In this document: positions 7,642-15,398 of the stretch, one piece after another | Layout: every line of letters begins with the position of its first letter | Position numbering within the stretch: position 1 is the first letter of the stretch | DNA from: a virus | Taxonomy: Duplodnaviria; Caudoviricetes | Direction: 5' to 3' (one strand) | Virus record (IMG/VR): IMGVR_UViG_3300032318_000382 | Coordinates: 1 to 24,753 of that record | Length of the DNA: 24,753 bases | Translations under genes and position numbers: made by a program | Notes under the pieces: generated by a model | The model's input: the letters and a program-made list of their open reading frames with translations, nothing else | Told to the model about the DNA's origin: nothing | Database searches by the model: none

Positions 7642-8628
7642 TTACCGCGTGTACATTGCTATGTTTGGCAGTATCATCATCGGGCTGTTGTCCCGCTCTT
7701 CCTGCTGCGCGAAGTACAAGCTTTCCTTGGCCTTCTGGTCAAGCATTGAAATCATGCTTGGGTCGACTTCGATATACTCCAGCGCCAGACGCGCGGCGAG
7801 CATGGCCACAATGGCCTCGTACCAACGCTGTGGCACGTCGATTTCTTCCGTCATGGTGCCTACGTCCATGATGTAGCGCTGACGCCACAGGACGATTTGG
7901 TACACTTCCGCCTCTAAATTGGGGACAGGCCACATGTGCATCACTGGTTGCTGCACCTGACGGTCGAACCAGTATTGGAGCGGACGGTTTGACTGAAAAT
8001 ACTTGTTCGGAAGGTTCGTGTAGTCGTCGCGGTTGATGCGCGCCAGCGGGATTTCGGTCGGCATGTTGCCAAGGAAGACCGCGCTGAAGCCCAAAGTGCC
8101 GCTAGTGGCCCGTACGCGGAAATATGTCGTGGCGACGCTGCTGTCGAGGTCGAACCACGTCCATTCGCCGGGTGTTGCTGTTGGTGTTTCGGTCTGAATG
8201 ACGGTCCAAACAAGGCCATCGTCGCTGCGCTCAAGGGCCAGCGGCACGGCGTTTGACGTCCACTTGACGCCAACAGTGCTGACGAAGGTTTGTGTGGTAA
8301 AATTCACTTCACGATACGTTGCCGTGTCGTAATTTATGCCTGTAACCTGCTGCAGAGTGCGCAAATTGCTGTTCAGCACGTCTACGGTGCCGACATCTAG
8401 GGTGATGTCGCCCGTGCCGTTGTACAGAGGGTAAATTTGCTTGTCGATGCACCACAATTGGATGCCACGGTTGGCGAGGTCCGACAGCAACAAGAAAAGC
8501 TGGTCGTTTGCGATGTCGACATGCTCTGGAGTGAGCGATTGTGCGGGCAATTTGCAACGACGCGCGGCGTTTTCAATGACGCGGCGGGTGTTGAATACCG
8601 TTTGTGATACTGTGTTCGAGTAGGCCAT
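7642..8628 (-). CDS. Putative head-tail adaptor / tail tubular protein with inserted beta-rich domain
   Basis: LLSDLANRGIQLW, YTNLPNK...RPLQYWFDRQ...WPVP and AMLAARLA motifs resemble podovirus adaptor proteins; lies between capsid and fibre genes. Confidence 0.65.
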   Translation of the reverse strand: MAYSNTVSQTVFNTRRVIENAARRCKLPAQSLTPEHVDIANDQLFLLLSDLANRGIQLWCIDKQIYPLYNGTGDITLDVGTVDVLNSNLRTLQQVTGINYDTATYREVNFTTQTFVSTVGVKWTSNAVPLALERSDDGLVWTVIQTETPTATPGEWTWFDLDSSVATTYFRVRATSGTLGFSAVFLGNMPTEIPLARINRDDYTNLPNKYFQSNRPLQYWFDRQVQQPVMHMWPVPNLEAEVYQIVLWRQRYIMDVGTMTEEIDVPQRWYEAIVAMLAARLALEYIEVDPSMISMLDQKAKESLYFAQQEERDNSPMMILPNIAMYTR

Positions 8629-8702
8629 GGTTTTTTGCTCGCTGGTTTAACGCAGCAGCTTGCATACGCGAGCAAGCATTTCTGACCAGACACGCATACA
8701 CG

Positions 8703-8736
8703 AAAGCAGTCTCGGCTACAATACCGAGACTGCCTT
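8703..8736 (-). terminator. Probable intrinsic terminator
   Basis: Perfect 10-bp stem GCAGTCTCGG (8706-8715)/CCGAGACTGC (8724-8733) just downstream of the stop at 8745, followed by TTT on the minus strand. Confidence 0.7.
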
Positions 8737-8744
8737 AGATGGTG

Positions 8745-9269
8745 TCAGCACTTGCCCTTTGGCATAGCGGCCAGACCGCCTGACTTGCGGCTAATCATTG
8801 GCTTGCTGTTGTATGCGGGAACGCCGCCGCCTTCTTTTCTGGTCAAAGGACGGGTCACCATCAAGCGTGCCCGCTCTAAATCGCTCATGGCTTTAGGCAT
8901 CGGCTTCTTTGCCGCCGCTTTAGCCACCATTGGCTTTTTCTTCTTCGCAGGGTCTACGCCGCCCGGTGTCATGCCGAGTTCTTCGTCCGTCATGCGACGG
9001 CCAGAGCTGTCTACTGGGCGTGTCGAGATGCCCTCCTCCATCATGCCGCCACGCGCCTTCTTGACGCGTGGGATTTTGGCACCAGCGGCGCGGGCTTCGT
9101 TCAACGCAATCGCGACGGCCTGCTTGGTAGACTTGACTTTTGGGCCTTCCTTCGAGCCGCTGTGCAGCTTGCCCTTGGTGAACTCTTCCATGACGCGGCC
9201 AATCTTGCGCTCGCCGACCGAGCCGCCCTTCATGTACTGAACGCGAGTGCTATTCTTAAATCCGTCCAT
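8745..9269 (-). CDS. Basic Lys-rich protein (DUF6496-like domain)
   Basis: KIGRVMEEFTKGKLHSGSKEGPKVKSTKQAVAIALNEAR motif. Start moved to ATG 9269 because an upstream ORF stops at 9271 and AGGTAAG precedes it. Confidence 0.8.
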   Translation of the reverse strand: MDGFKNSTRVQYMKGGSVGERKIGRVMEEFTKGKLHSGSKEGPKVKSTKQAVAIALNEARAAGAKIPRVKKARGGMMEEGISTRPVDSSGRRMTDEELGMTPGGVDPAKKKKPMVAKAAAKKPMPKAMSDLERARLMVTRPLTRKEGGGVPAYNSKPMISRKSGGLAAMPKGKC

Positions 9270-9270
9270 G

Positions 9271-9447
9271 TCACTTACCTTTCTTGCGGGCCACAGCCAT
9301 GTTATCAACTAAATTTGGGTAGGGTCGTCCAGCGGCTTTGGCGCGTGCCTTGGCAGCTTTCTTCTTTTTGGCCGACAAGTCCTTGGGTTTGCCGAGGTCT
9401 TTAGGGCGTTTCTTTTCCCAGACAGGTTTTACAGCAAAATCGCTCAT
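9271..9447 (-). CDS. Basic 58-aa protein (not in ORF track)
   Basis: MSDFAVKPVWEKKRPKDLGKPKDLSAKKKKAAKARAKAAGRPYPNLVDNMAVARKKGK; fills the gap with 1-bp spacing on each side. Confidence 0.85.
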   Translation of the reverse strand: MSDFAVKPVWEKKRPKDLGKPKDLSAKKKKAAKARAKAAGRPYPNLVDNMAVARKKGK

Positions 9448-9448
9448 A

Positions 9449-9763
9449 TCAACAGTCCCATTTACGAAGTGATAGCGCTTTTCGTGTCGGGCGACCCTTG
9501 TCGTCCTTCATCGGCCCCGGCATGCCAGACATGCGTGCGCAGAAGCTCTTGCGACGCGCGGCTGCCTTGGGTGATTTCTTCGCCTGTTTGGCCGAAACGG
9601 GTGGCTTGATGTCGTGCCCCTGAGCGCGCAGCGATGCACGGCCCTTGGCATTGAGGCCACCCTCGGGGTTCTTCCCCTCCTTGCGGGTCCACGCGCCGCC
9701 GCCCTTAGAAAAAGACCCACGTACGTTGACCTTAAACCGGCTGTGGTCGGACGCGTTGCTCAT
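9449..9763 (-). CDS. Basic protein (DUF6321-like)
   Basis: GGLNAKGRAS...RRKSFCARMSGM...KALSLRKWDC motif; ATGA overlap with upstream gene. Confidence 0.8.
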   Translation of the reverse strand: MSNASDHSRFKVNVRGSFSKGGGAWTRKEGKNPEGGLNAKGRASLRAQGHDIKPPVSAKQAKKSPKAAARRKSFCARMSGMPGPMKDDKGRPTRKALSLRKWDC

Positions 9764-10539
9764 GTCAGGCTATTTTTAATGACGATGAGGATAAACATAG
9801 AAGACACGCTGTTGTTGTTCGCACTGCCGATAGCGGTGGCCTCTAGCGTAGTTTTCTCTAAAAAGGGTACTGGGTACTCGAACACATAGTCGGCGACACC
9901 GTTGTTCAGCGTGGTGACGGCGGCTGTGCGGCGGATGCCATCAATGCCACTTGCGAGCAGACGCCCTTGGACTTGCGTAGACCCAGAAGCCTGTCCCGTA
10001 GAGAACAGCCCTTGCGAAAGATAGGCCGTGTGGCCCGCAGGCACGGTGTAGGTACCCGATATGGTGTCGTTATAGTTAAATTTGATGATGTCGTAGACAG
10101 TGGCGGGTACGCCCGCAGTGACTGTGCCTGTGCCGACATAGATGTCGCCCGCCGCGCTCGCGGAGGAACCCGCAGTGGCGACATACATGTAATTGATACG
10201 CAAGAACGCGGCAGTCGTAAGGACAAAGGTCTGGCCGTTAAGCGTGACGGTTTCCGTGATTTCGGCGTAATTGGCGTCCAGACCCTCAATGACAATGGTG
10301 CGCGCGCCGGTTCCGGCTGCTGTATCATTCACGTTGGTCGAACTAACGCGCATCTGCAACGCGGCGCTGGGCCGCGCGATTAGGCTCGGCAACGGCCAGA
10401 CGGACACCTCGGTCGTGTCTACGTCAGGGTTGAACCCGAATATCGTAACCGAACGGTGGCCGACAATCTGCCCACGGGCGACTTGAAGCTCAAACGGCCC
10501 GTATTCGCCGAATTGAGTAACTGAAGCGGGTGCGCCCAT
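9760..10539 (-). CDS. Putative virion structural protein
   Basis: FELQVARGQIVGH...IFGFNP motif, beta-rich T/G/A composition, AAGGA RBS, located in the structural region. Confidence 0.75.
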   Translation of the reverse strand: MGAPASVTQFGEYGPFELQVARGQIVGHRSVTIFGFNPDVDTTEVSVWPLPSLIARPSAALQMRVSSTNVNDTAAGTGARTIVIEGLDANYAEITETVTLNGQTFVLTTAAFLRINYMYVATAGSSASAAGDIYVGTGTVTAGVPATVYDIIKFNYNDTISGTYTVPAGHTAYLSQGLFSTGQASGSTQVQGRLLASGIDGIRRTAAVTTLNNGVADYVFEYPVPFLEKTTLEATAIGSANNNSVSSMFILIVIKNSLT

Positions 10540-10550
10540 GGTGTTGTCCT

Positions 10551-10958
10551 TTACGCCGCGTAAGTCTTGATGGCTTCGATTATAATCGTGTACCTATCAC
10601 CAGCGGCTGCGCCAACGGTGCTGAAAAGCACGTCGCCAGTCACACCTGCGCCTGCATTGTTCGGCAAACCGCCGAACTCGTCGTAGCACATCTTGTACAA
10701 GACATCGGCAGGGACGCTCTCGCAAAGCACGTCGGTCGTGGCATCCCAGAGGATGTCGACACCCATACCAAGGGTCTGGACCCAAATCTTGTTGATTTTG
10801 ACGCCGTTGCACGGACGCTGAAAGCTGCTGGGGGCGAGGGTGGAAACATCAATCTTGAGCGCTCCGGTCTCGCCGGTGCCGTCAGAGATGTTGGTGAACT
10901 TGGCGATGTATAGACGCTCGCCGTCAAGAATAACCTGTGTTGCTACTGCATCTGCCAT
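10551..10958 (-). CDS. Putative virion structural protein
   Basis: KFTNISDGTGE...FGGLPNNAGAGVTGDVLF motif; AAGGAA RBS. Confidence 0.75.
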   Translation of the reverse strand: MADAVATQVILDGERLYIAKFTNISDGTGETGALKIDVSTLAPSSFQRPCNGVKINKIWVQTLGMGVDILWDATTDVLCESVPADVLYKMCYDEFGGLPNNAGAGVTGDVLFSTVGAAAGDRYTIIIEAIKTYAA

Positions 10959-10973
10959 CTGTGTGTTCCTTAG

Positions 10974-11019
10974 AAAATGCGGCGGGTAGTGGGGACTTCC
11001 AATCCACTACCCGCGCGCA
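10974..11019 (-). terminator. Probable intrinsic terminator / stem-loop
   Basis: 11-bp inverted repeat GCGGGTAGTGG (10982-10992)/CCACTACCCGC (11004-11014), followed by CGCATTTT on the minus strand. Confidence 0.6.
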
Positions 11020-11039
11020 CTATATCATCGCGTCAACGA

Positions 11040-11483
11040 TTAGTCATCAGCCGTTGTTTGCACGTACAGCATGGTGACGCGAACTTGGCCTGCAGTCGGC
11101 TGGCCGACAGAGGTTACAGTTGCGACAACCGTGCGGTTCGCACCAACATCGTCCATTGCAGCAAGCTGCGCAGCGCTGAAAGCGTTTGGACGACGAGCTG
11201 CCGTCTTGACGCTGATTGCACTGAGGTACTGCGTGCCGCCGGAAGCGGTACCAGCCGAAAGCGTGGCCGAAGTCGCGCTGTCGTAAGCCGTGAGAACGTC
11301 AACGTAGAAGTCAACAATCTGCGAAGACGCAGGGATGTTGAACGTCGCGTTCTGTACCAATGTGGCGTCAAAGTTAATCAACACGGTTTGGCTAAGAGCG
11401 ACGAAGCCGAGGTTCGGCCCGCCGCTTTCGCCTGCGTTGCGGTCGCCAGAGGCGAGTGGTCCGCTCCAAGTAGTTTGTGACAT
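11040..11483 (-). CDS. Putative capsid-associated / decoration protein
   Basis: Directly after the MCP, AGGAGG RBS (11491-11496), TTWSGP N-terminus, beta-rich. Confidence 0.7.
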   Translation of the reverse strand: MSQTTWSGPLASGDRNAGESGGPNLGFVALSQTVLINFDATLVQNATFNIPASSQIVDFYVDVLTAYDSATSATLSAGTASGGTQYLSAISVKTAARRPNAFSAAQLAAMDDVGANRTVVATVTSVGQPTAGQVRVTMLYVQTTADD

Positions 11484-11497
11484 TCTAAGTCCTCCTA

Positions 11498-11532
11498 AAT
11501 AGAAGGGGAGGGGGACCGAAGTCCCCCAACCC
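11498..11532 (-). terminator. Stem-loop with C(UUCG)G tetraloop after the major capsid gene
   Basis: Minus strand GGGGGAC-TTCG-GTCCCCC (11527-11510), then pyrimidine-rich TCCCCTTCTATTT. Confidence 0.75.
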
Positions 11533-11534
11533 GA

Positions 11535-12449
11535 TTAGATGCCAGCCGTACCGTATACGCCGCGTGGGTCTGTCCAACCGAAGTTGTAACGCTCGGTGGC
11601 CTTGTAGCGCATGCTGTCGGTTTCAAAGTCACCTTCCATGCTCTTCTCAAGACCGCGACGCATCGCAAGCTTCAAGCCTTCTGGCGCGTCGGTCTGTACC
11701 CACCATGCAGTGGTCGACGTGATACGCGACAAGTTGGCCTGACCTTCGTCCAGCAAGCCCATCGACTTGACCGGATTGAGGTCGTTGTTTGCCGTGCCAG
11801 CACGCAGTGCAGACTTCAGCAAAACTTCAGCTTGGAACACGTTGGAAGGACCAGAAACGATTTTCCGTGGTGTCAAGCGGATGCGCTTGCCGTTGTTGTC
11901 AACCGCGTTGCGGATTTGAATGAGCATTTGCTCAAGCGAAGTCTGCGACAGGTTGGCTGCGGTTGCGAGCTGGTTCGAGAACGTACCAGTTGCGATTGGG
12001 TGGTCCGTCGCAACGAGCGACTTGCCGTCGCCGCCTGTGTACGCGCCGTTGAAAGCACGGTTCAGGATGTTGGCACCAAGGGTTTCCTTGGTCTCAATCA
12101 ATGACTGAGCGAGGTGACGGGCGTAGGTCTGACCGATACGGATATGGTCGCCATCTTCGACCAGAACTTTCGTCAGTGCGAAAGCAAGGCCGTAGACGCG
12201 GTACACGTAGCGCTGAATGAACAGCACGCCGCCGGACTGGTACGTGACAGGCATGCCGTCTGGCAATTCTGGTGCAGCACCGAAGCCGAACAGGACAGGC
12301 TCTTCATGGTAGTTCCGAGGGATGCCCTTGAACTCTTTGAAAACCTGCGACCATTCGTCAGCACGTTGGTCATAGATGCCGTTGAACTCTTCGTTCAAAA
12401 TCGGCTCGACGATTGAGCGGAAGTCTGTACTCCGCATTGGGGTAGCCAT
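11535..12449 (-). CDS. Major capsid protein
   Basis: 304 aa; ANILNRAF...GGDGKSLVATDHP...MEGDFETDSMRYKATERYNFGWTDPRGVYG motifs; AAGGAGG RBS; hairpin downstream; position in the head module. Confidence 0.9.
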   Translation of the reverse strand: MATPMRSTDFRSIVEPILNEEFNGIYDQRADEWSQVFKEFKGIPRNYHEEPVLFGFGAAPELPDGMPVTYQSGGVLFIQRYVYRVYGLAFALTKVLVEDGDHIRIGQTYARHLAQSLIETKETLGANILNRAFNGAYTGGDGKSLVATDHPIATGTFSNQLATAANLSQTSLEQMLIQIRNAVDNNGKRIRLTPRKIVSGPSNVFQAEVLLKSALRAGTANNDLNPVKSMGLLDEGQANLSRITSTTAWWVQTDAPEGLKLAMRRGLEKSMEGDFETDSMRYKATERYNFGWTDPRGVYGTAGI

Positions 12450-12463
12450 TGTTCAAGCCCTCC

Positions 12464-13030
12464 TTAGTAAGCAGCGCGGTCAGCGACGTTCTGGTGCTCA
12501 GATACCTGAACTTGAACAATCGTGAAGTTATCGCCGAAAGCGTTGTCTGGTGCTGGTGCGAGGTCGATAATACGCATTTGCGCGTTACCAGTGTCGGTCA
12601 GCGTTGCGGTGTCGAGCATCAATGCCGAAAGACCAGTTACGGTCGAACCTGCAGTGATTGTGGTGAAATCGGCTTGCTTGCCGATGTCCGTCACTGCGAT
12701 TGGGCCGTTTGCTTGAATTTCATAGACAATGGTTGGGTCGAGAGTGACGTAGGCAACGACGTCGGTGCCGACCTGAGAGGCCGTCCACTTGTTGCTTACG
12801 CGACGACGACCGTCGCTGTCGGTGAACTCAACACCTTGGAACGTACCAATGTAGCGGTCGCCAATGGCGGCTGCTTGGATGGTTCCGTCGGTGCCAATCT
12901 TTACCGGCTGGCTCTGTAGGATATTAGCGGCGTAGCCCGACAAAATCGTGTAAGCGGTGGGGCGAACCACACCACTTGGCGAATACGAAGGACGAAGGCC
13001 GAACGGTTGAGAAACTGTGCTCATGTCCAT
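12464..13030 (-). CDS. Putative capsid cement/decoration protein
   Basis: PFGLRP N-terminal motif, GTFQGVEFTD...DPTIVYEIQ; immediately upstream of MCP. Start could be 13030 or 13024. Confidence 0.7.
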   Translation of the reverse strand: MDMSTVSQPFGLRPSYSPSGVVRPTAYTILSGYAANILQSQPVKIGTDGTIQAAAIGDRYIGTFQGVEFTDSDGRRRVSNKWTASQVGTDVVAYVTLDPTIVYEIQANGPIAVTDIGKQADFTTITAGSTVTGLSALMLDTATLTDTGNAQMRIIDLAPAPDNAFGDNFTIVQVQVSEHQNVADRAAY

Positions 13031-13061
13031 TTACCTTATAATTGAGTTACGGTTTCCCGCG

Positions 13062-13616
13062 TTAGGTAAAGATACCTTGGCGCGGGTTATAATCACGCAA
13101 ACTCTGCATGCCGTCATCCTCAACAACCCTCGAACCGGCCTGCTCGGCTTGGTTCCGTATCATGTCGGAAACCTCCACAAGCTTGTCCTCTTCGCGTAGC
13201 GGAGCTGCATGGTGAGCTTCCTGCATAAAGCGCTCGTAGAGGCTCATGGGCAGCTTAAACGCAAGCATCTCGTTCACGCCGATAAAGCCTGTCCATTCGC
13301 CAGTCTTTACCGAGGCATACTCCATTCCGGGGACTTCATCTGGCCGCACTGGCTCGTAACCGAGCTGCATACGGCGGTGGATTGGGTCACGCGAATTGGT
13401 CGTCGTCAGCCAGCACAAGTGATAGCCGGGTATTTCTGGCAAATCAGGTAGTGCGTCATTAAACAACTGATTACGGAACATCTCAAGCCGGTCGTCCTCT
13501 GTCAAATCACGGCGTTCGGCAACCTCGCGGGTCTCCGTGCGTCTCGTGTCCCGGCGTCCAACAACATCGAAGTCCGGTGCTTTCTTCAGGCGGCTATCTT
13601 CTGTATTATCTGTCAT
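13062..13616 (-). CDS. Head-module protein, function unknown
   Basis: AAGGAG RBS; PGYHLCWL...GYEPV...IGVNEMLAFKLP motif; lies between scaffold and capsid genes. Confidence 0.8.
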   Translation of the reverse strand: MTDNTEDSRLKKAPDFDVVGRRDTRRTETREVAERRDLTEDDRLEMFRNQLFNDALPDLPEIPGYHLCWLTTTNSRDPIHRRMQLGYEPVRPDEVPGMEYASVKTGEWTGFIGVNEMLAFKLPMSLYERFMQEAHHAAPLREEDKLVEVSDMIRNQAEQAGSRVVEDDGMQSLRDYNPRQGIFT

Positions 13617-13633
13617 GTTGTCTCACTCCTTAG

Positions 13634-14575
13634 TTAGCGAGCCGAACCAGCATCATACGATTGATACGCCTTTAGTAAGCGTTGGCGAAGCACAGGGTCA
13701 TCCCATGCTCCAGCCTCAATCATAGCCTGTTTCCGCTCTGGTGTCACGTATATTTCGCGTTTGGTACTTACGGGGGCATGCTCACGGGTATTTCCCGTGG
13801 GTGGCCCACGCTTTTTGCGCCGTGGAGCTGGGGCCGCGTCCTCCCCAAGTGCCTCCGCAACACGGTCGGTCAACTCTTCCCAATACTCACGCGATGCGGG
13901 ATTGTAGCCCTCACGCACAAGCTCGTTGTCGATAGCCTTCGTCAGTGCGCTGTCACGGTCACGGGCCTGTGGGTCGTACCACGGGTTGGCCTGCATCCAT
14001 TCTTTGGCGTAGTTGACGACGGTAGGGTCAACCTGCGGCTGGGCCGCTTGCTGACGTGCCTGCTCGAACTGCTGACGCTGGTGCGTGAGCTGGTTCGTTT
14101 CAGCGATGGCTTGGTCGCGGATGCGCATTGCAGCCACAACATCTTCGCCATTACCCGCTTCGGTCGCCTTAGCGATGAAGTGCTCTGCCTGTTGGACGTC
14201 GCGCTGGGCTTTAGCCAAACGCTCTTCCAAGGTCTGGGCGTTGGTCTGCATGGCATGGCCTTCGACCGACGCCAGACGGCGCAACAGCTCTTCGGTCTGC
14301 TTCTCGAGCAGCTCGATTTTGCGCTTGTCTTCTTCCTTGGCGCGCAGAAGCAAGTCGCGACGCTTGCGCCGACGTTTCGAGCGGCCAGTTACAACTTCGT
14401 TCTCACTGTCCTCTTCACTTTCGGCAAGACGACTATCGCCATCATCGGCGTCATCATCATCCCCTTCATCGCCACCATCGTTGCTATCGTCGGCGTCATC
14501 GTCGGACGCGTCCTGCTCGGGTGGGGTTTCTACGGGGATTAAGTCTTCTTCGGTTTCGTTCTGTTCGGTACTCAT
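13634..14575 (-). CDS. Putative capsid scaffolding protein
   Basis: Very acidic N-terminus, long coiled coil, AKEWMQANPWY motif, position upstream of MCP. Confidence 0.75.
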   Translation of the reverse strand: MSTEQNETEEDLIPVETPPEQDASDDDADDSNDGGDEGDDDDADDGDSRLAESEEDSENEVVTGRSKRRRKRRDLLLRAKEEDKRKIELLEKQTEELLRRLASVEGHAMQTNAQTLEERLAKAQRDVQQAEHFIAKATEAGNGEDVVAAMRIRDQAIAETNQLTHQRQQFEQARQQAAQPQVDPTVVNYAKEWMQANPWYDPQARDRDSALTKAIDNELVREGYNPASREYWEELTDRVAEALGEDAAPAPRRKKRGPPTGNTREHAPVSTKREIYVTPERKQAMIEAGAWDDPVLRQRLLKAYQSYDAGSAR

Positions 14576-14605
14576 AACCGGCTTCCTTTCTGTAGCCTTA
14601 TCGAC

Positions 14606-15034
14606 TTAGATGAAGGCTTTGATGACTAGCGGGTCGCCAGTCACCTTGCCTACAAGGTCGAGGTCGTTGAAAATTACCAACAGCGCTTCGTCGTCGCCAT
14701 CAGTGGTTTTGACAGTCCAGCGGTCGCCGCCGTACTTAGGTACGCGGACGTAGTCGCCCTCTTGGCACCAACTACCTTCGGGCCATGCTTCCATGGTCGT
14801 GCGGTTTTTGAAAGCCAATGAACCCACCGAGATTACCTTAGCAATCTGGGTGTTCCACGCGTCTGTCTCGCGTGTTTCCGAGGTTAGGATAATCCCGCCC
14901 TTGGTCTTCTGCTTTGGCGTACGGATTTGAACCAATACGCGGCTGCCGAATGGTTGGATGCCGGGGTCACAAGGCGGAAACGCCTCATCCAGTGACGCGT
15001 ACCCAAAGTCTACTTTATTGGCTAATTCCTGCAT
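14606..15034 (-). CDS. groES: Co-chaperonin GroES/Cpn10-like protein
   Basis: IQPFGSRVLV...KTKGGIIL...AKVISVG...EGDYV...KYGG...NDLDLVGKV follows the Cpn10 pattern, including the mobile-loop GGIIL. Confidence 0.9.
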   Translation of the reverse strand: MQELANKVDFGYASLDEAFPPCDPGIQPFGSRVLVQIRTPKQKTKGGIILTSETRETDAWNTQIAKVISVGSLAFKNRTTMEAWPEGSWCQEGDYVRVPKYGGDRWTVKTTDGDDEALLVIFNDLDLVGKVTGDPLVIKAFI

Positions 15035-15057
15035 TAAGCGCTCCTTTTTCCGCAGGG

Positions 15058-15252
15058 TTACAGTAATATGTCTTTACGGTCCCTCTCCGACACCATGTCG
15101 ATTAGAGTACGTTTGGCATGCTCGAGGCCCGCGTACATGCCGACCGCCCGACCGTAGTCGAACGTATCGCGTCCCGAGGGCGTCTCCAGCGCTTCTTTCG
15201 CAAGCCGGGCTTGCTCATTCTCCAAGCGCTGGAGTAGCATTTCTATCTTCAT
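15058..15252 (-). CDS. Small helical head-module protein
   Basis: YGRAVGMYAGLEHA motif; between portal and groES; ATGA-coupled to upstream ORF. Confidence 0.8.
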   Translation of the reverse strand: MKIEMLLQRLENEQARLAKEALETPSGRDTFDYGRAVGMYAGLEHAKRTLIDMVSERDRKDILL

Positions 15253-15389
15253 GCGGGGGTCTTTTTCCCGCCGCGTGCTTCAAACTTAGTGGGCAATCCC
15301 ATTTTTGCAAGCTTGTGCATGTTTGTGTTGTCGGTGTTCATCACACCTGCAGACTTGTTTTTGCTCAATACTGCGTCATTCTTCTTCAT
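15249..15389 (-). CDS. Basic 46-aa protein (not in ORF track)
   Basis: MKKNDAVLSKNKSAGVMNTDNTNMHKLAKMGLPTKFEARGGKKTPA; AGGAGG RBS overlapping the portal stop; ATGA overlap downstream. Confidence 0.8.
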   Translation of the reverse strand: MKKNDAVLSKNKSAGVMNTDNTNMHKLAKMGLPTKFEARGGKKTPA

Positions 15390-15398
15390 ACCTGCCTC

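Noticed and set aside
8630-8710. Hammerhead ribozyme (CTGA..GA...GAAA) or SAM-II riboswitch (GUAUGCAAGC...AAAAAA resemblance)
   Set aside because: The hammerhead core spacing is wrong and stem II cannot form. The SAM-II GAUUU element is absent and the downstream gene is unrelated. Kept only as a generic structured leader.
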